Part shown: in pieces, positions 34,181 to 43,527 of the stretch
How the letters are laid out: every line of letters starts with the position of its first letter
How positions within the stretch are numbered: position 1 is the first letter of the stretch
Origin: a virus
Taxonomy: Duplodnaviria; Caudoviricetes
Strand: one strand, 5' to 3'
IMG/VR virus record: IMGVR_UViG_3300024520_000084
Coordinates: 1-57,823 of that record
DNA: 57,823 nucleotides
Position numbers and translations under genes: made by a program
The notes under the pieces: generated by a model
Database searches by the model: none
What the model saw: only the letters and a program-made list of their open reading frames with translations
Told to the model about the DNA's origin: nothing

Positions 34181-37100
34181 ATGGCTTCTACATACACAAC
34201 AGGCTTTAGTTTAGAAAAAATAGGTTCTGGAGAACAGGCGGGTACTTGGGGTACTACGACGAACCACAACCTTGATATTGTAGATAGGTTGGCTTCGTAC
34301 AAAGCGGTGGCTCTTTCAGGAACTACGCACACTCTTACTATCCGAGAAGCCTCTCCTGGCTCTGGCACAGAAAATCTCCAAGACGGAATGTATCGTGTAA
34401 TTAAATTTACCGGAGCTTTGGGTGCAAATAACACTGTAACAATAGCACCAAATACATCACCCGCTTGGTTTATTATTGAAAATGCAACTACCGATTCAGG
34501 CTCAAGTGGCCCATACTCTGTTATTCTTTCCCAAGGTTCTGGGGCAAATGTCACCGTTCAAAACGGCAAAAATGTCATTGTTTATTGCGATGGTGCCGGA
34601 AGTGGTGCAGCAGTTGTTGATGCTTTGGCAGATCTTCAGATCGGAACATTGGAGTGCACAGGAGCAGCGGCGATTGATGGTGCGGCTACATTAGGCAGTA
34701 CGCTTGCTGTTACAGGAAACTCAACTTTTACAGGCGACATAATAAAAGCAACTTCTGGCACAAGCAACTTTGCCGCAGGTGTTAATGCAGGTAACTCAAT
34801 TGCGTCAGGCGGTAACTATAACGTAGTGGTTGGCGATGAGGCTGGCACAGCTATCACGACAGGCGATAACAATGTCCTCATAGGATATGGGGCTGGCGAT
34901 GGCTTTGATGCAGAGAGCAATAATGTAGGTGTAGGCTATAATGCTTTAGGTGGAGCTTCTTATGCAGCTTCTAATAATACTGCTGTTGGCAGCGGAGCTT
35001 TAGGAGCATGTACGACAGGTACTAGTAATGTTGCCGTGGGCTTTCAAGCAGGAGATGCTTTAACAACAGGTACACAATTAACTGCTCTTGGGTACAACGC
35101 TGGTGGTGCAGTCACAACAGGTGTTTTCAATACTGCTCTTGGATATGAAGCATTATTAACTGAAGACACTGAAAGTTATAATACTGCTGTTGGTGCTTAT
35201 GCTATGAGAGTAGCAGACGGGGCAGGTTATACAACTTGTGTTGGGTATAATGCTGGTGCTGCAATTACAACGGGTGATTATAACGTATTTGTAGGAAATA
35301 ATTCAGGAGGTGCAACTACTACAGGTGGAAGTAATACAGCGATGGGCTATCTAGCCCTTACTAGTAATACAACTGCTGCGGGTAATACGGCCCTTGGTGT
35401 CAATGCAATGTACGCAAATACTACTGGTGCTAACAACACAGCGGTTGGTTATTTAGCATTAGATGCAAATACATCAGGAGCTTCAAATACAGCGGTTGGT
35501 ATCAACTGTATGACAACAAACACGACAGCAAGTAGTAACACTGCTGTAGGTAATTATGCACTAGGATTAAATACAACTGGGTCGTCTAATGTTGCTATAG
35601 GTGCGTTGGCTCTAAAGGCAAATACTACAGGAGGAACAAATACTGCTGTAGGTGCTTCAGCTGGCACAGCAATTACAACAGGAGCTAGTAATACTATTAT
35701 CGGTGCTTTGGCTGGTGATGCTGTAACAACTGGTGCTACTAGTGTGATTATTGGTCAGTCTGCTGGTACAGCAATGACCACCGCCGCTGAAAACGTAATA
35801 ATAGGAAATAACGCAGGAGCCGCACTTACTACAGGTGGACAAAATATTCTTATAGGAGATAACGCTGGTGCTGCTGGTGCTATTACAGGCATACGAAATG
35901 TCGCTGTAGGTGATAATGCTCTTTATAGTGTAGTGGCTGGTGGGGGTAATATTGCTATAGGGTATGCTGCTGGTAATGTTGTTTCTTCAGGTGACAATAA
36001 TACTATGGTAGGAACATCAGCAGGTCAGGCAATCACTACTGGAATAAATAATTGTTTTTTTGGGGCGCTCGCTGGTGATGCAACAACTACAGTTCCTAAC
36101 GTAAATGCTTTTGGTTATGCTGCTTTAGGAGCTAATACTACAGGTCAATCCCTTTGTGCTTTTGGTTCTTATGCACTAGACGCTAATACAACGGCTAATG
36201 ATAACGCAGCTTTTGGTCATGTTGCGATGAGTGCAAATACGACAGGTACTGGAAACAATGCCTTTGGTAGTTCTTCTTTGGATGCAAATACTACAGGTTC
36301 TTCAAACACTGCTGTAGGTCACGCTGCTCTTGGAGCAAACACAACAGCAAGTAATAACACGGCAGTTGGATATGCTGCTGGTACAACTCTCACTACTGGC
36401 GGTGCTAATGTTTTTATAGGATATGATGCAGGTAAAGACCAGACTACAGCAGGAGCAAGTACTTTTGTAGGAGATCATGCTGGTGCCAATGTTACAACAG
36501 GAGCTAATAATACTTTCATTGGATATTATTCTGGATTAAATGCTACAACTGCACATAGCTCAGTATTTGTTGGAAAAGATGCAGGTACTGCTTTTACAAC
36601 AGGTAATGCTACTGTTGCCATTGGAATGAGCGCACTTGCTACAGGAACAACTGCATCTGCTACGACAGCCGTTGGATTTGAGTCAGGTAAAGCTCTTACG
36701 ACAGGAACTCATAATACTGCTTTAGGTTGTCAGGCTGCTTTAGCACTTACAACAGCTAACTATAGTACAATTCTTGGTGTTGAAGCTGGTAAAGCTATTA
36801 CGACGGGTAATAATAATACATGTATTGGTTATCAAGCTGGTGATGCTTTGACAACTGGAGGTAATAATATAATTATTGGAACGGGTGCTGACGCTTCTGC
36901 GGTCGGTGTTTCAAATACTATTACTTTAGGTTCAAGTTTAATGGGCGTTCTCAGATGTCAACAAACTAGCATTACCGCACTTTCTGATAGACGAGATAAA
37001 AAAGATATTAAAGACTTAGATGTGGGTCTCGATTTTATCAACACTCTACATCCTGTAAAATTTACATGGAATATGAGAGATGGGGGTAAAGTCGGAATTA

Positions 37101-37312
37101 AAGAAGCAGGTTTTATTGCTCAAGAACTAGACGAATCACAGAACAAATTTGATGCTGAAGAATATTTGCAGCTCGTATTAAAAGATAATCCTGAAAAACT
37201 AGAAGCTGCTATGGGCAAGTTATTGCCTTCAATGGTTAAAGCAATACAAGAACTATCTGCTGAAATTGAAGAATTGAAAAAATGGAAAGAGGAGCATACC
37301 TGCTGTGGCTGA
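34181..37312 (+). CDS. Tail fibre/spike with beta-roll repeats and C-terminal S74 intramolecular chaperone
   Basis: GEQAGTWG.TTN.N N-terminus, many 14-aa NTA.G..A...NTTG repeats, SDRRDKKDI...GFIAQE...VKAIQEL. Confidence 0.9.
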   Translation: MASTYTTGFSLEKIGSGEQAGTWGTTTNHNLDIVDRLASYKAVALSGTTHTLTIREASPGSGTENLQDGMYRVIKFTGALGANNTVTIAPNTSPAWFIIENATTDSGSSGPYSVILSQGSGANVTVQNGKNVIVYCDGAGSGAAVVDALADLQIGTLECTGAAAIDGAATLGSTLAVTGNSTFTGDIIKATSGTSNFAAGVNAGNSIASGGNYNVVVGDEAGTAITTGDNNVLIGYGAGDGFDAESNNVGVGYNALGGASYAASNNTAVGSGALGACTTGTSNVAVGFQAGDALTTGTQLTALGYNAGGAVTTGVFNTALGYEALLTEDTESYNTAVGAYAMRVADGAGYTTCVGYNAGAAITTGDYNVFVGNNSGGATTTGGSNTAMGYLALTSNTTAAGNTALGVNAMYANTTGANNTAVGYLALDANTSGASNTAVGINCMTTNTTASSNTAVGNYALGLNTTGSSNVAIGALALKANTTGGTNTAVGASAGTAITTGASNTIIGALAGDAVTTGATSVIIGQSAGTAMTTAAENVIIGNNAGAALTTGGQNILIGDNAGAAGAITGIRNVAVGDNALYSVVAGGGNIAIGYAAGNVVSSGDNNTMVGTSAGQAITTGINNCFFGALAGDATTTVPNVNAFGYAALGANTTGQSLCAFGSYALDANTTANDNAAFGHVAMSANTTGTGNNAFGSSSLDANTTGSSNTAVGHAALGANTTASNNTAVGYAAGTTLTTGGANVFIGYDAGKDQTTAGASTFVGDHAGANVTTGANNTFIGYYSGLNATTAHSSVFVGKDAGTAFTTGNATVAIGMSALATGTTASATTAVGFESGKALTTGTHNTALGCQAALALTTANYSTILGVEAGKAITTGNNNTCIGYQAGDALTTGGNNIIIGTGADASAVGVSNTITLGSSLMGVLRCQQTSITALSDRRDKKDIKDLDVGLDFINTLHPVKFTWNMRDGGKVGIKEAGFIAQELDESQNKFDAEEYLQLVLKDNPEKLEAAMGKLLPSMVKAIQELSAEIEELKKWKEEHTCCG

Positions 37313-37553
37313 TACCGAAACAAATGTCGTTAACATTGCTGGAACCGAATACGATCCTAATGATCTTACGGATCAACAGAAATACTGGATTACTCAAGTG
37401 CAAGACCTTCAGAGCAAGCGTCAGGCACAACAGTTTCAGTTAGACCAGATTAACGTGGCTTTAGATAGTTTTATGACTGCGTTGATTAATAGTCTTAAAG
37501 ACCCCAAAACCTCTGATTTATTTGATGAAACCAAGGAGAAATTAAATGGCTGA
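37305..37553 (+). CDS. Small tail-fibre-associated protein
   Basis: Overlaps fibre stop; GAGGAG RBS. Confidence 0.65.
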   Translation: MADTETNVVNIAGTEYDPNDLTDQQKYWITQVQDLQSKRQAQQFQLDQINVALDSFMTALINSLKDPKTSDLFDETKEKLNG

Positions 37554-37809
37554 TGAACTTACGGCAGATGAAATTGCCGCACACTTTTCCGCGATGGACG
37601 ATAGCGTAACACTTATTAATGCAACTATTGCTGATGATACTGACGCATTAGAAATGTTTGGCACTGCTGCTGAAGTCAAGCTGATGGTCACACGCAACAC
37701 GGATCATATTGAAATTCAGAAAGAAACGGCTTGGTATAAAGCGTCCGGCAAAACTAAGACCAAATACACAAATGCTGTTACTGCTGGTAAAGCCTACGTT
37801 GCTGGGTAG
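37546..37809 (+). CDS. Small tail-fibre-associated protein
   Basis: AAGGAG RBS; SVTLIN...RNTDH motif. Confidence 0.65.
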   Translation: MADELTADEIAAHFSAMDDSVTLINATIADDTDALEMFGTAAEVKLMVTRNTDHIEIQKETAWYKASGKTKTKYTNAVTAGKAYVAG

Positions 37810-37814
37810 GGTAC

Positions 37815-40085
37815 ATGCCTCTGACCAGAGTTCAATTTAAACCTGGTGTTAACCGTGAAAGCACTTCTTTTGCGAACGAACAGGGCTGGTTTGATTCTGA
37901 CCTGATACGGTTTAGAAAAGGCCATCCTGAAAAGCTAGGCGGCTGGGTAAAGATCTCTGCGAATACGTTGACGGGGACAACTCGTTCTTTACATGCGTGG
38001 ATTACTTTGGGCGCCCTAAAACTTATGGGCGTTGGAACCAATGTAAAATTCTACATTGAGCAGGGCACCCAATACAACGACATAACACCCGTTAGAGCCA
38101 CGGCCACGCTTGGGACTAACCCAGTTACAACGGGAAGTGCTGGTTCGGGCGAGATTACAGTTACTGCTGTTGGACATGGGGCAGCGGAGGGGGATTACGT
38201 TACCTTTAGCGGTGCGACGGCTACTGATGGTCTTACGACGGCAGACCTGAATAAGGAACATATTATCACGCAAGTAGTGTCCGGCAACAGCTACAAGCTG
38301 GACACAGGAGGAAGTGCTACTTCCGGTTCTACCGCTGGAGGTGGCACTGCTATTATCGCAGTTTACCAAATCCATGTTGGTATTGAAGAGTCCGTTCTTG
38401 GCCCTGGTTGGGGTTCTGGTTATTGGGATGGTTCAACCCTTACCTATTCTCAAACCACATTGGACGGCGGTATTAATTCCAGTGTAACGTCAATAGACCT
38501 AACGTCTGCTTCTGACTTTGAAACCGCCTCGACCACTACAAGTGCTGCGGTAGCTGTTGGAGATACCAGCATAAATTTAGCCGATAGTTCCGGGATGCCT
38601 TCTAAAGGCACAATTAAAATAGGCAGCGAACATATTTCGTATAAGACCAATTCAGGCACAGTTCTTGGTGATATTACACGAGGTGCTGATGGAACTACTG
38701 AAGCCATTCATGCTAGTGGTGCGACGGCTACCTTTGCTGGTCTGATACTTATTGATGACGAATTAATTTTATACACAGCAAAATCAAGCAACGACTTAAC
38801 AACCGTTATTCGTGGCACAAGGGGCACTACCGCTGCCGCTCACTCTGATGATGTTATTGTTAAAGAAGCCAACGGCTTTTATGGGTGGGGTGATACAGTA
38901 GCTCCGTTTACTTCTGGTGAAACACGTTTATGGTCACAAGACAACTGGGGTGAGGATCTTATCCTTAATGTTCGTGACGACAACGTCTTTTATTGGGATG
39001 CGTCACTAGGTCTTTCCGCAAGAGCGACGGCACTAAGTAGTCAGACAGGGGCTTCTGGTGCACCGACCACGGCCCGTCAGGTTCTTGTATCAGACACAGA
39101 TCGACACGTTATATGTCTGGGGGCTAACACGATCAGCACTACGGCACAGGATCTTTTGCTTGTGCGTTGGTCAGATCAGGAAAACGCAGTGGATTGGACG
39201 CCTACTGTAACGAACACAGCAGGTTCTATGCGTCTTTCCTCTGGTTCTGAAATTATTACCGGAACACAAACAAGGCAGGAAACGCTTATCTGGACAGACT
39301 CTTCCTTATACAGCATGAGATTTGTAGGTCCTCCTTTTACATTTGCTTTTACTCTTTTAGCAAACAATGTATCGGTTCTGTCCCCAAATCTGGTTGTTTC
39401 TGTTGGGGATCGTGTTTTCTGGATGGATACAGAGAACTTCTTTGTATATGCGGGGCAGATACAGACAATACCCTGTACCATTCTCAGATACGTGTTTGAC
39501 GACATAAACCTCGAGGAAAAACTAAAGTTCTTCGGTGGTTCTAACCGGATGTTTGACGAGATCTTCTGGTTCTACTGTTCCTCTGACAGCGATGATATTG
39601 ATCGTTATGTGAAGTTTAATCATGCAGAAGGAACCTGGGACATTGGTTCTATGTCCAGAACTGCTTGGGTTGATTTCGGATTGTTTAGTAAACCCCGTGC
39701 TGCGGGAACCGTGAGCAGCACAAACTATATCTATGATCACGAATCAGGGACCACGAACGACGGCACCGCAATGACCTCGTATATTGAGTCTTCTGTGTTC
39801 GATATAGGGGATGGTAATCAATTTGCTTTTATCAAAAAGCTTATACCGGATATTGATATATCCAGCGCAGCGGGTAATGGCGTTGATTACATCTTAAAGA
39901 CGAGGAACTACCCCGGAGAGAGTTTAACGACAAACTCCACAAGTTCGGTTACCAGCACTACAAAACAGGCTGATGTAAGGGCACGCTCCCGTTCTGCTGT
40001 GTTGCGTATTCAGAGTAGTGCTGACGATGTTTCCTGGACGTTGGGTGATGTCAGGATGGAAATTCAACCTGACGGGAGGCGATAA
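37815..40085 (+). CDS. Tail nozzle / DNA stabilisation protein (tail tubular B-like)
   Basis: FKPGVNRE, RFRKG.PEK.GGW, LVRWSDQE; beta-propeller-like size and position. Confidence 0.75.
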   Translation: MPLTRVQFKPGVNRESTSFANEQGWFDSDLIRFRKGHPEKLGGWVKISANTLTGTTRSLHAWITLGALKLMGVGTNVKFYIEQGTQYNDITPVRATATLGTNPVTTGSAGSGEITVTAVGHGAAEGDYVTFSGATATDGLTTADLNKEHIITQVVSGNSYKLDTGGSATSGSTAGGGTAIIAVYQIHVGIEESVLGPGWGSGYWDGSTLTYSQTTLDGGINSSVTSIDLTSASDFETASTTTSAAVAVGDTSINLADSSGMPSKGTIKIGSEHISYKTNSGTVLGDITRGADGTTEAIHASGATATFAGLILIDDELILYTAKSSNDLTTVIRGTRGTTAAAHSDDVIVKEANGFYGWGDTVAPFTSGETRLWSQDNWGEDLILNVRDDNVFYWDASLGLSARATALSSQTGASGAPTTARQVLVSDTDRHVICLGANTISTTAQDLLLVRWSDQENAVDWTPTVTNTAGSMRLSSGSEIITGTQTRQETLIWTDSSLYSMRFVGPPFTFAFTLLANNVSVLSPNLVVSVGDRVFWMDTENFFVYAGQIQTIPCTILRYVFDDINLEEKLKFFGGSNRMFDEIFWFYCSSDSDDIDRYVKFNHAEGTWDIGSMSRTAWVDFGLFSKPRAAGTVSSTNYIYDHESGTTNDGTAMTSYIESSVFDIGDGNQFAFIKKLIPDIDISSAAGNGVDYILKTRNYPGESLTTNSTSSVTSTTKQADVRARSRSAVLRIQSSADDVSWTLGDVRMEIQPDGRR

Positions 40086-40252
40086 TGGGTAAGTTACTCG
40101 AAACGTCTCTTCCGATAATTCCAAGCGAATATGATCAGCAGACGATGATTCGATTGGTTCAGGTTGTAGAAAGAGCACTTACAACCAAAGAAATCCCTTC
40201 TGTTATAAGCGGTGAAGATGACACAAACGGCATGAATTGGTTTATGGACTGA
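40085..40252 (+). CDS. Small conserved protein, 55 aa (MGKLLETSLP...NWFMD)
   Basis: Manual translation; 1-nt overlaps with both neighbours; GGAGG RBS. Confidence 0.7.
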   Translation: MGKLLETSLPIIPSEYDQQTMIRLVQVVERALTTKEIPSVISGEDDTNGMNWFMD

Positions 40253-40572
40253 TGGCTTCTGCATATAAAAACATCGCAAAACTGGTTGGAGCTACGGGAG
40301 ATGTTACGATTTATACGTGTCCCAGCGAAACACAGGCTATTATTAAGAACATCCAATTGTATAATAGCCATAGCGGCACTATAGTGGTGTACCCTAAGAT
40401 TACCGACAGTTCGGCATCTGTAACGGTTACGTTAGAGAAGAACAGCATAGGAACTCTCGCAGACACGTCACTCTCTGGGCCTTTTGTTTTAGAGGCCAGT
40501 GACACTCTTTTATTGAATTGCGATACAGCGTCTAAAATATACGCTTTCGCAAGTGTTCTGGAGATTTCATAA
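40252..40572 (+). CDS. Virion protein
   Basis: MASAYKN...IYTCP...VLEASD.L. Confidence 0.7.
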   Translation: MASAYKNIAKLVGATGDVTIYTCPSETQAIIKNIQLYNSHSGTIVVYPKITDSSASVTVTLEKNSIGTLADTSLSGPFVLEASDTLLLNCDTASKIYAFASVLEIS

Positions 40573-42224
40573 TGACGCTTAACACATCACCAAAAACGCG
40601 GGGCGAACCCAGCATTGAGTCTTTGGCTTCTGGCTTGGGAACATTGGGTCGTTATGGCGATAGTTACATGGTTCACGCCGCTGAAGGCGAGACGATTGTT
40701 CCTAGAGAAATTCTTGAAGCCAACCCCGGCCTAAGAGAAGACTTGTTTCGTCAAATGCAGATGGCGGGAATAGAGAACCCCAACCGTTATGTTGTTGGTG
40801 ATCAATTAAACTCCATAAACCCTGTTACCGGCCAGCCTGAGTTTTTCTTCAAGAAGCTGTGGAGAAAAGTTAAGAAAGTCGTTAAGAGATTTGCACCAAT
40901 GGCTGCGATGATAGTTGGAAACATGCTTCTTCCGGGTATCGGTGGCATTATAGCTTCTGGGTTAATGACAAAGGCGCAGGGGGGATCGTGGGGTGATGCC
41001 TTGAAGTCTGCGGCAGTGTCTTACGTTGGGCAGGGTATTATGTCTGGACTTGGAAGTGCCTCATCAGGTGGTGGTTTTATGGAAGGCCTTGGAAAAGGTC
41101 TTTCTACTCCGGTTGAGGCGGCTGGTAATTTATTTTCTGAGGGCGCGGCTAACCCTTGGAACCAAGGTATTTTGGGCGGTACGGCAGGTATTTCAAACGC
41201 TCCCGGTGCATCTCTTAAACAACAATTAGCGAGACAATATGATCCAAACGCCCTATCCAGTGGTGAATATCTAACCGCTGATGGCGCCGCCATCAGCCCA
41301 GCTGCGGTTGAACAGATGACTGCTGAGATGACTGCGGCTAATAGTGCTTCCGGTACGAATTATATAGATCCTATAGAGCCTATGGATTCTCATGTAATAG
41401 ACCGTAACACTTTTAACACTGTTGATGAAGTTGGTGGCATAAATCCCGATGACATGGGTAGGGCATGGTCAATGGAATCGACAACTCCTCCACTTTCAGC
41501 TGCTGAACGAGCCCTTGAAAGCCGTGGTCTTGTAATCCCTAGAGAACAGAGAATTAGGGGAATTAACCTTGATAATTCTATAGAACAACGGGCTTTAGAT
41601 AATCCAATAAAATATGATTTGCACTCTACAGCAGGTGATGCAGGTGGTGCAGCTGATGCAGCCATTACTGACCGTGGAATGTTAGGTAATGCTTTTCGAG
41701 ACTACGTTCAAAGGCCAGCGCAGGAAATTCTTGAACCTTTAGTTGGTAAGGAGTGGGCTGAGACAGCAGCACCATTGGCCGGTGGAGCAGCATTGCTTGG
41801 AGCAGTCTCTTATGCCGGTGGTGCTTGGGACGATGAACCACCACCCCCACCAACCGCTCCAGCCCTCGAGCAAGAAGCTTACCGTAAATGGCTAAAGCTG
41901 TCGGAAACTGAAAAAAACTCTGTGACGGGACAGAATCTATACTGGGCGTGGAACGCTTCAGGTCCTTTTGCAACAAGGGAACAATTTGAACGTCGCACTG
42001 GCGGACCATCAAGCAAACCAGATTGGTACTTCCTTGACGCTGCTGGCGGTGGCGAAGTCATGGGCCCTGGATCAGGAACCTCTGACAGCATTCCCGCAAG
42101 GCTTTCGGATGGTGAGTTTGTGATGACGGCTCGAGCCGTCAAGAACGCTGGCGGTGGAGACAGGGCATTGGGCGCGGCCCGAATGTACGACATGATGAAC
42201 CGCTTTGAGCAAGGAGCCGCCTGA
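40572..42224 (+). CDS. Internal virion/ejection protein with TM-like Gly-rich segments
   Basis: GRYGDS.MVH..EGE, INPVTGQPEFFF, C-terminal AAGGGEV.GPGSGTSDSIPARLSDGEFV. Confidence 0.72.
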   Translation: MTLNTSPKTRGEPSIESLASGLGTLGRYGDSYMVHAAEGETIVPREILEANPGLREDLFRQMQMAGIENPNRYVVGDQLNSINPVTGQPEFFFKKLWRKVKKVVKRFAPMAAMIVGNMLLPGIGGIIASGLMTKAQGGSWGDALKSAAVSYVGQGIMSGLGSASSGGGFMEGLGKGLSTPVEAAGNLFSEGAANPWNQGILGGTAGISNAPGASLKQQLARQYDPNALSSGEYLTADGAAISPAAVEQMTAEMTAANSASGTNYIDPIEPMDSHVIDRNTFNTVDEVGGINPDDMGRAWSMESTTPPLSAAERALESRGLVIPREQRIRGINLDNSIEQRALDNPIKYDLHSTAGDAGGAADAAITDRGMLGNAFRDYVQRPAQEILEPLVGKEWAETAAPLAGGAALLGAVSYAGGAWDDEPPPPPTAPALEQEAYRKWLKLSETEKNSVTGQNLYWAWNASGPFATREQFERRTGGPSSKPDWYFLDAAGGGEVMGPGSGTSDSIPARLSDGEFVMTARAVKNAGGGDRALGAARMYDMMNRFEQGAA

Positions 42225-43525
42225 TGGTTGAGTATAGCCAACAGACCTCGATTCAACAACTTCCGGTCTGGCTTGAGGATTTATCTAAAAAGAACATGGC
42301 GTACGCTCAAGGCGTATCCGAAAACGCAATAACACTACCTGGTCAGCAGATAGCCGGATTAGGGGGAATGACCCAACAGGCCCTTAACACGGCTCAAGGC
42401 ATCGGCGGCTATATGCCTATGTTGAACCAGGCTGGTGGGACCACCACACAGGGGATAAATGCACTTACGCAAGGAATGCAGGGTGTTGGTTCTGGATTTA
42501 CTGGCGGTATGGGCGCGATGCAAAACGCTATATCCGGGCTCCAAGGATCTCCGACAGGACAGGGATACGTTGGACAGGCTGCGGGTGCTTACGGACAGGC
42601 TGGCGGTCAATATGGCGCAGCTGGTTTTGCACCAGGACAGGGGTTTAGCGCGGAAAGCTTTGATCCTTCCAGCGTATCTAAATATATGAATCCTTACGAG
42701 GATATAGCTGTTCAGCAAGCTTTGAAGGATATTCGTAAGGAAGGAGACATTGCTCAAACTTCTCAACAAGCCGCTGGTGTACAGGCCGGAGCGTTTGGTG
42801 GTTCTCGTCAGGGTTTACAGGCTGCTGAACTTGCTGGAAACATCTTTAGGGAACAAGGAAGAACTGCTGCGGGAATGCGCCAAGCTGGTTTTCAAAATGC
42901 AATGCAACAAGCAATGCAGGAATCCCAATTTGGTAGAGGTCAAGCGCAACAAGAGTCACAGTTCGGTAGAGGTCAATCACAACAGGAATCGCAGTTTGGT
43001 AGGCAACTTGGTTCACAAGCATTTGAACAAGCGAGGCAACGTCAGTTGGCCATGGGCCAAGGTCTTGCCGGACTTGGCGCGCAACAGTCAAACATGGCTG
43101 CTCAAAGAGCCCAAGCATTGGGTCAACTAGGAACAGGTTATGCTGGTATAAGCGCAGCGCAAGCTCAAGAAGCTTCAAGAGCCGCTCAAACATTGGGTCA
43201 ACTTGGTGGCCAACAGGCCAACATTGCGGGTATGGGTCAAAACATGATTGGCCAACAGGCACAGCTGCAATCGCAACTTGGCGCTCTACAGCAACAACAA
43301 GCTCAAAGACAGTATGACGCCAACTACCAGAACCAGATGAAACAATTATATGAGCCTTATCAACGATACAGTTGGATGTCTGATATGATTAAGGGAACGC
43401 CTTCCTCTATGTCTACAGTGACCTCAGCAACGTCGCCATCGCAAAGCATCTGGTCACAGCTTATTGGTGGAGGCATTGCTGGTCTTGGGGCTTACAAAGC
43501 TTTTGATAGCTGGAATAAGGATTAA
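42224..43525 (+). CDS. Q/G/A-rich DNA pilot/ejection protein
   Basis: YMNPY, AGAFGGSR, 11-aa QQESQFGRGQ repeats. Confidence 0.75.
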   Translation: MVEYSQQTSIQQLPVWLEDLSKKNMAYAQGVSENAITLPGQQIAGLGGMTQQALNTAQGIGGYMPMLNQAGGTTTQGINALTQGMQGVGSGFTGGMGAMQNAISGLQGSPTGQGYVGQAAGAYGQAGGQYGAAGFAPGQGFSAESFDPSSVSKYMNPYEDIAVQQALKDIRKEGDIAQTSQQAAGVQAGAFGGSRQGLQAAELAGNIFREQGRTAAGMRQAGFQNAMQQAMQESQFGRGQAQQESQFGRGQSQQESQFGRQLGSQAFEQARQRQLAMGQGLAGLGAQQSNMAAQRAQALGQLGTGYAGISAAQAQEASRAAQTLGQLGGQQANIAGMGQNMIGQQAQLQSQLGALQQQQAQRQYDANYQNQMKQLYEPYQRYSWMSDMIKGTPSSMSTVTSATSPSQSIWSQLIGGGIAGLGAYKAFDSWNKD

Positions 43526-43527
43526 GC

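Noticed and set aside
34060-37312. Diversity-generating retroelement targeting the tail fibre
   Set aside because: No reverse transcriptase and no template/variable repeat pair seen; repeats are ordinary coding repeats
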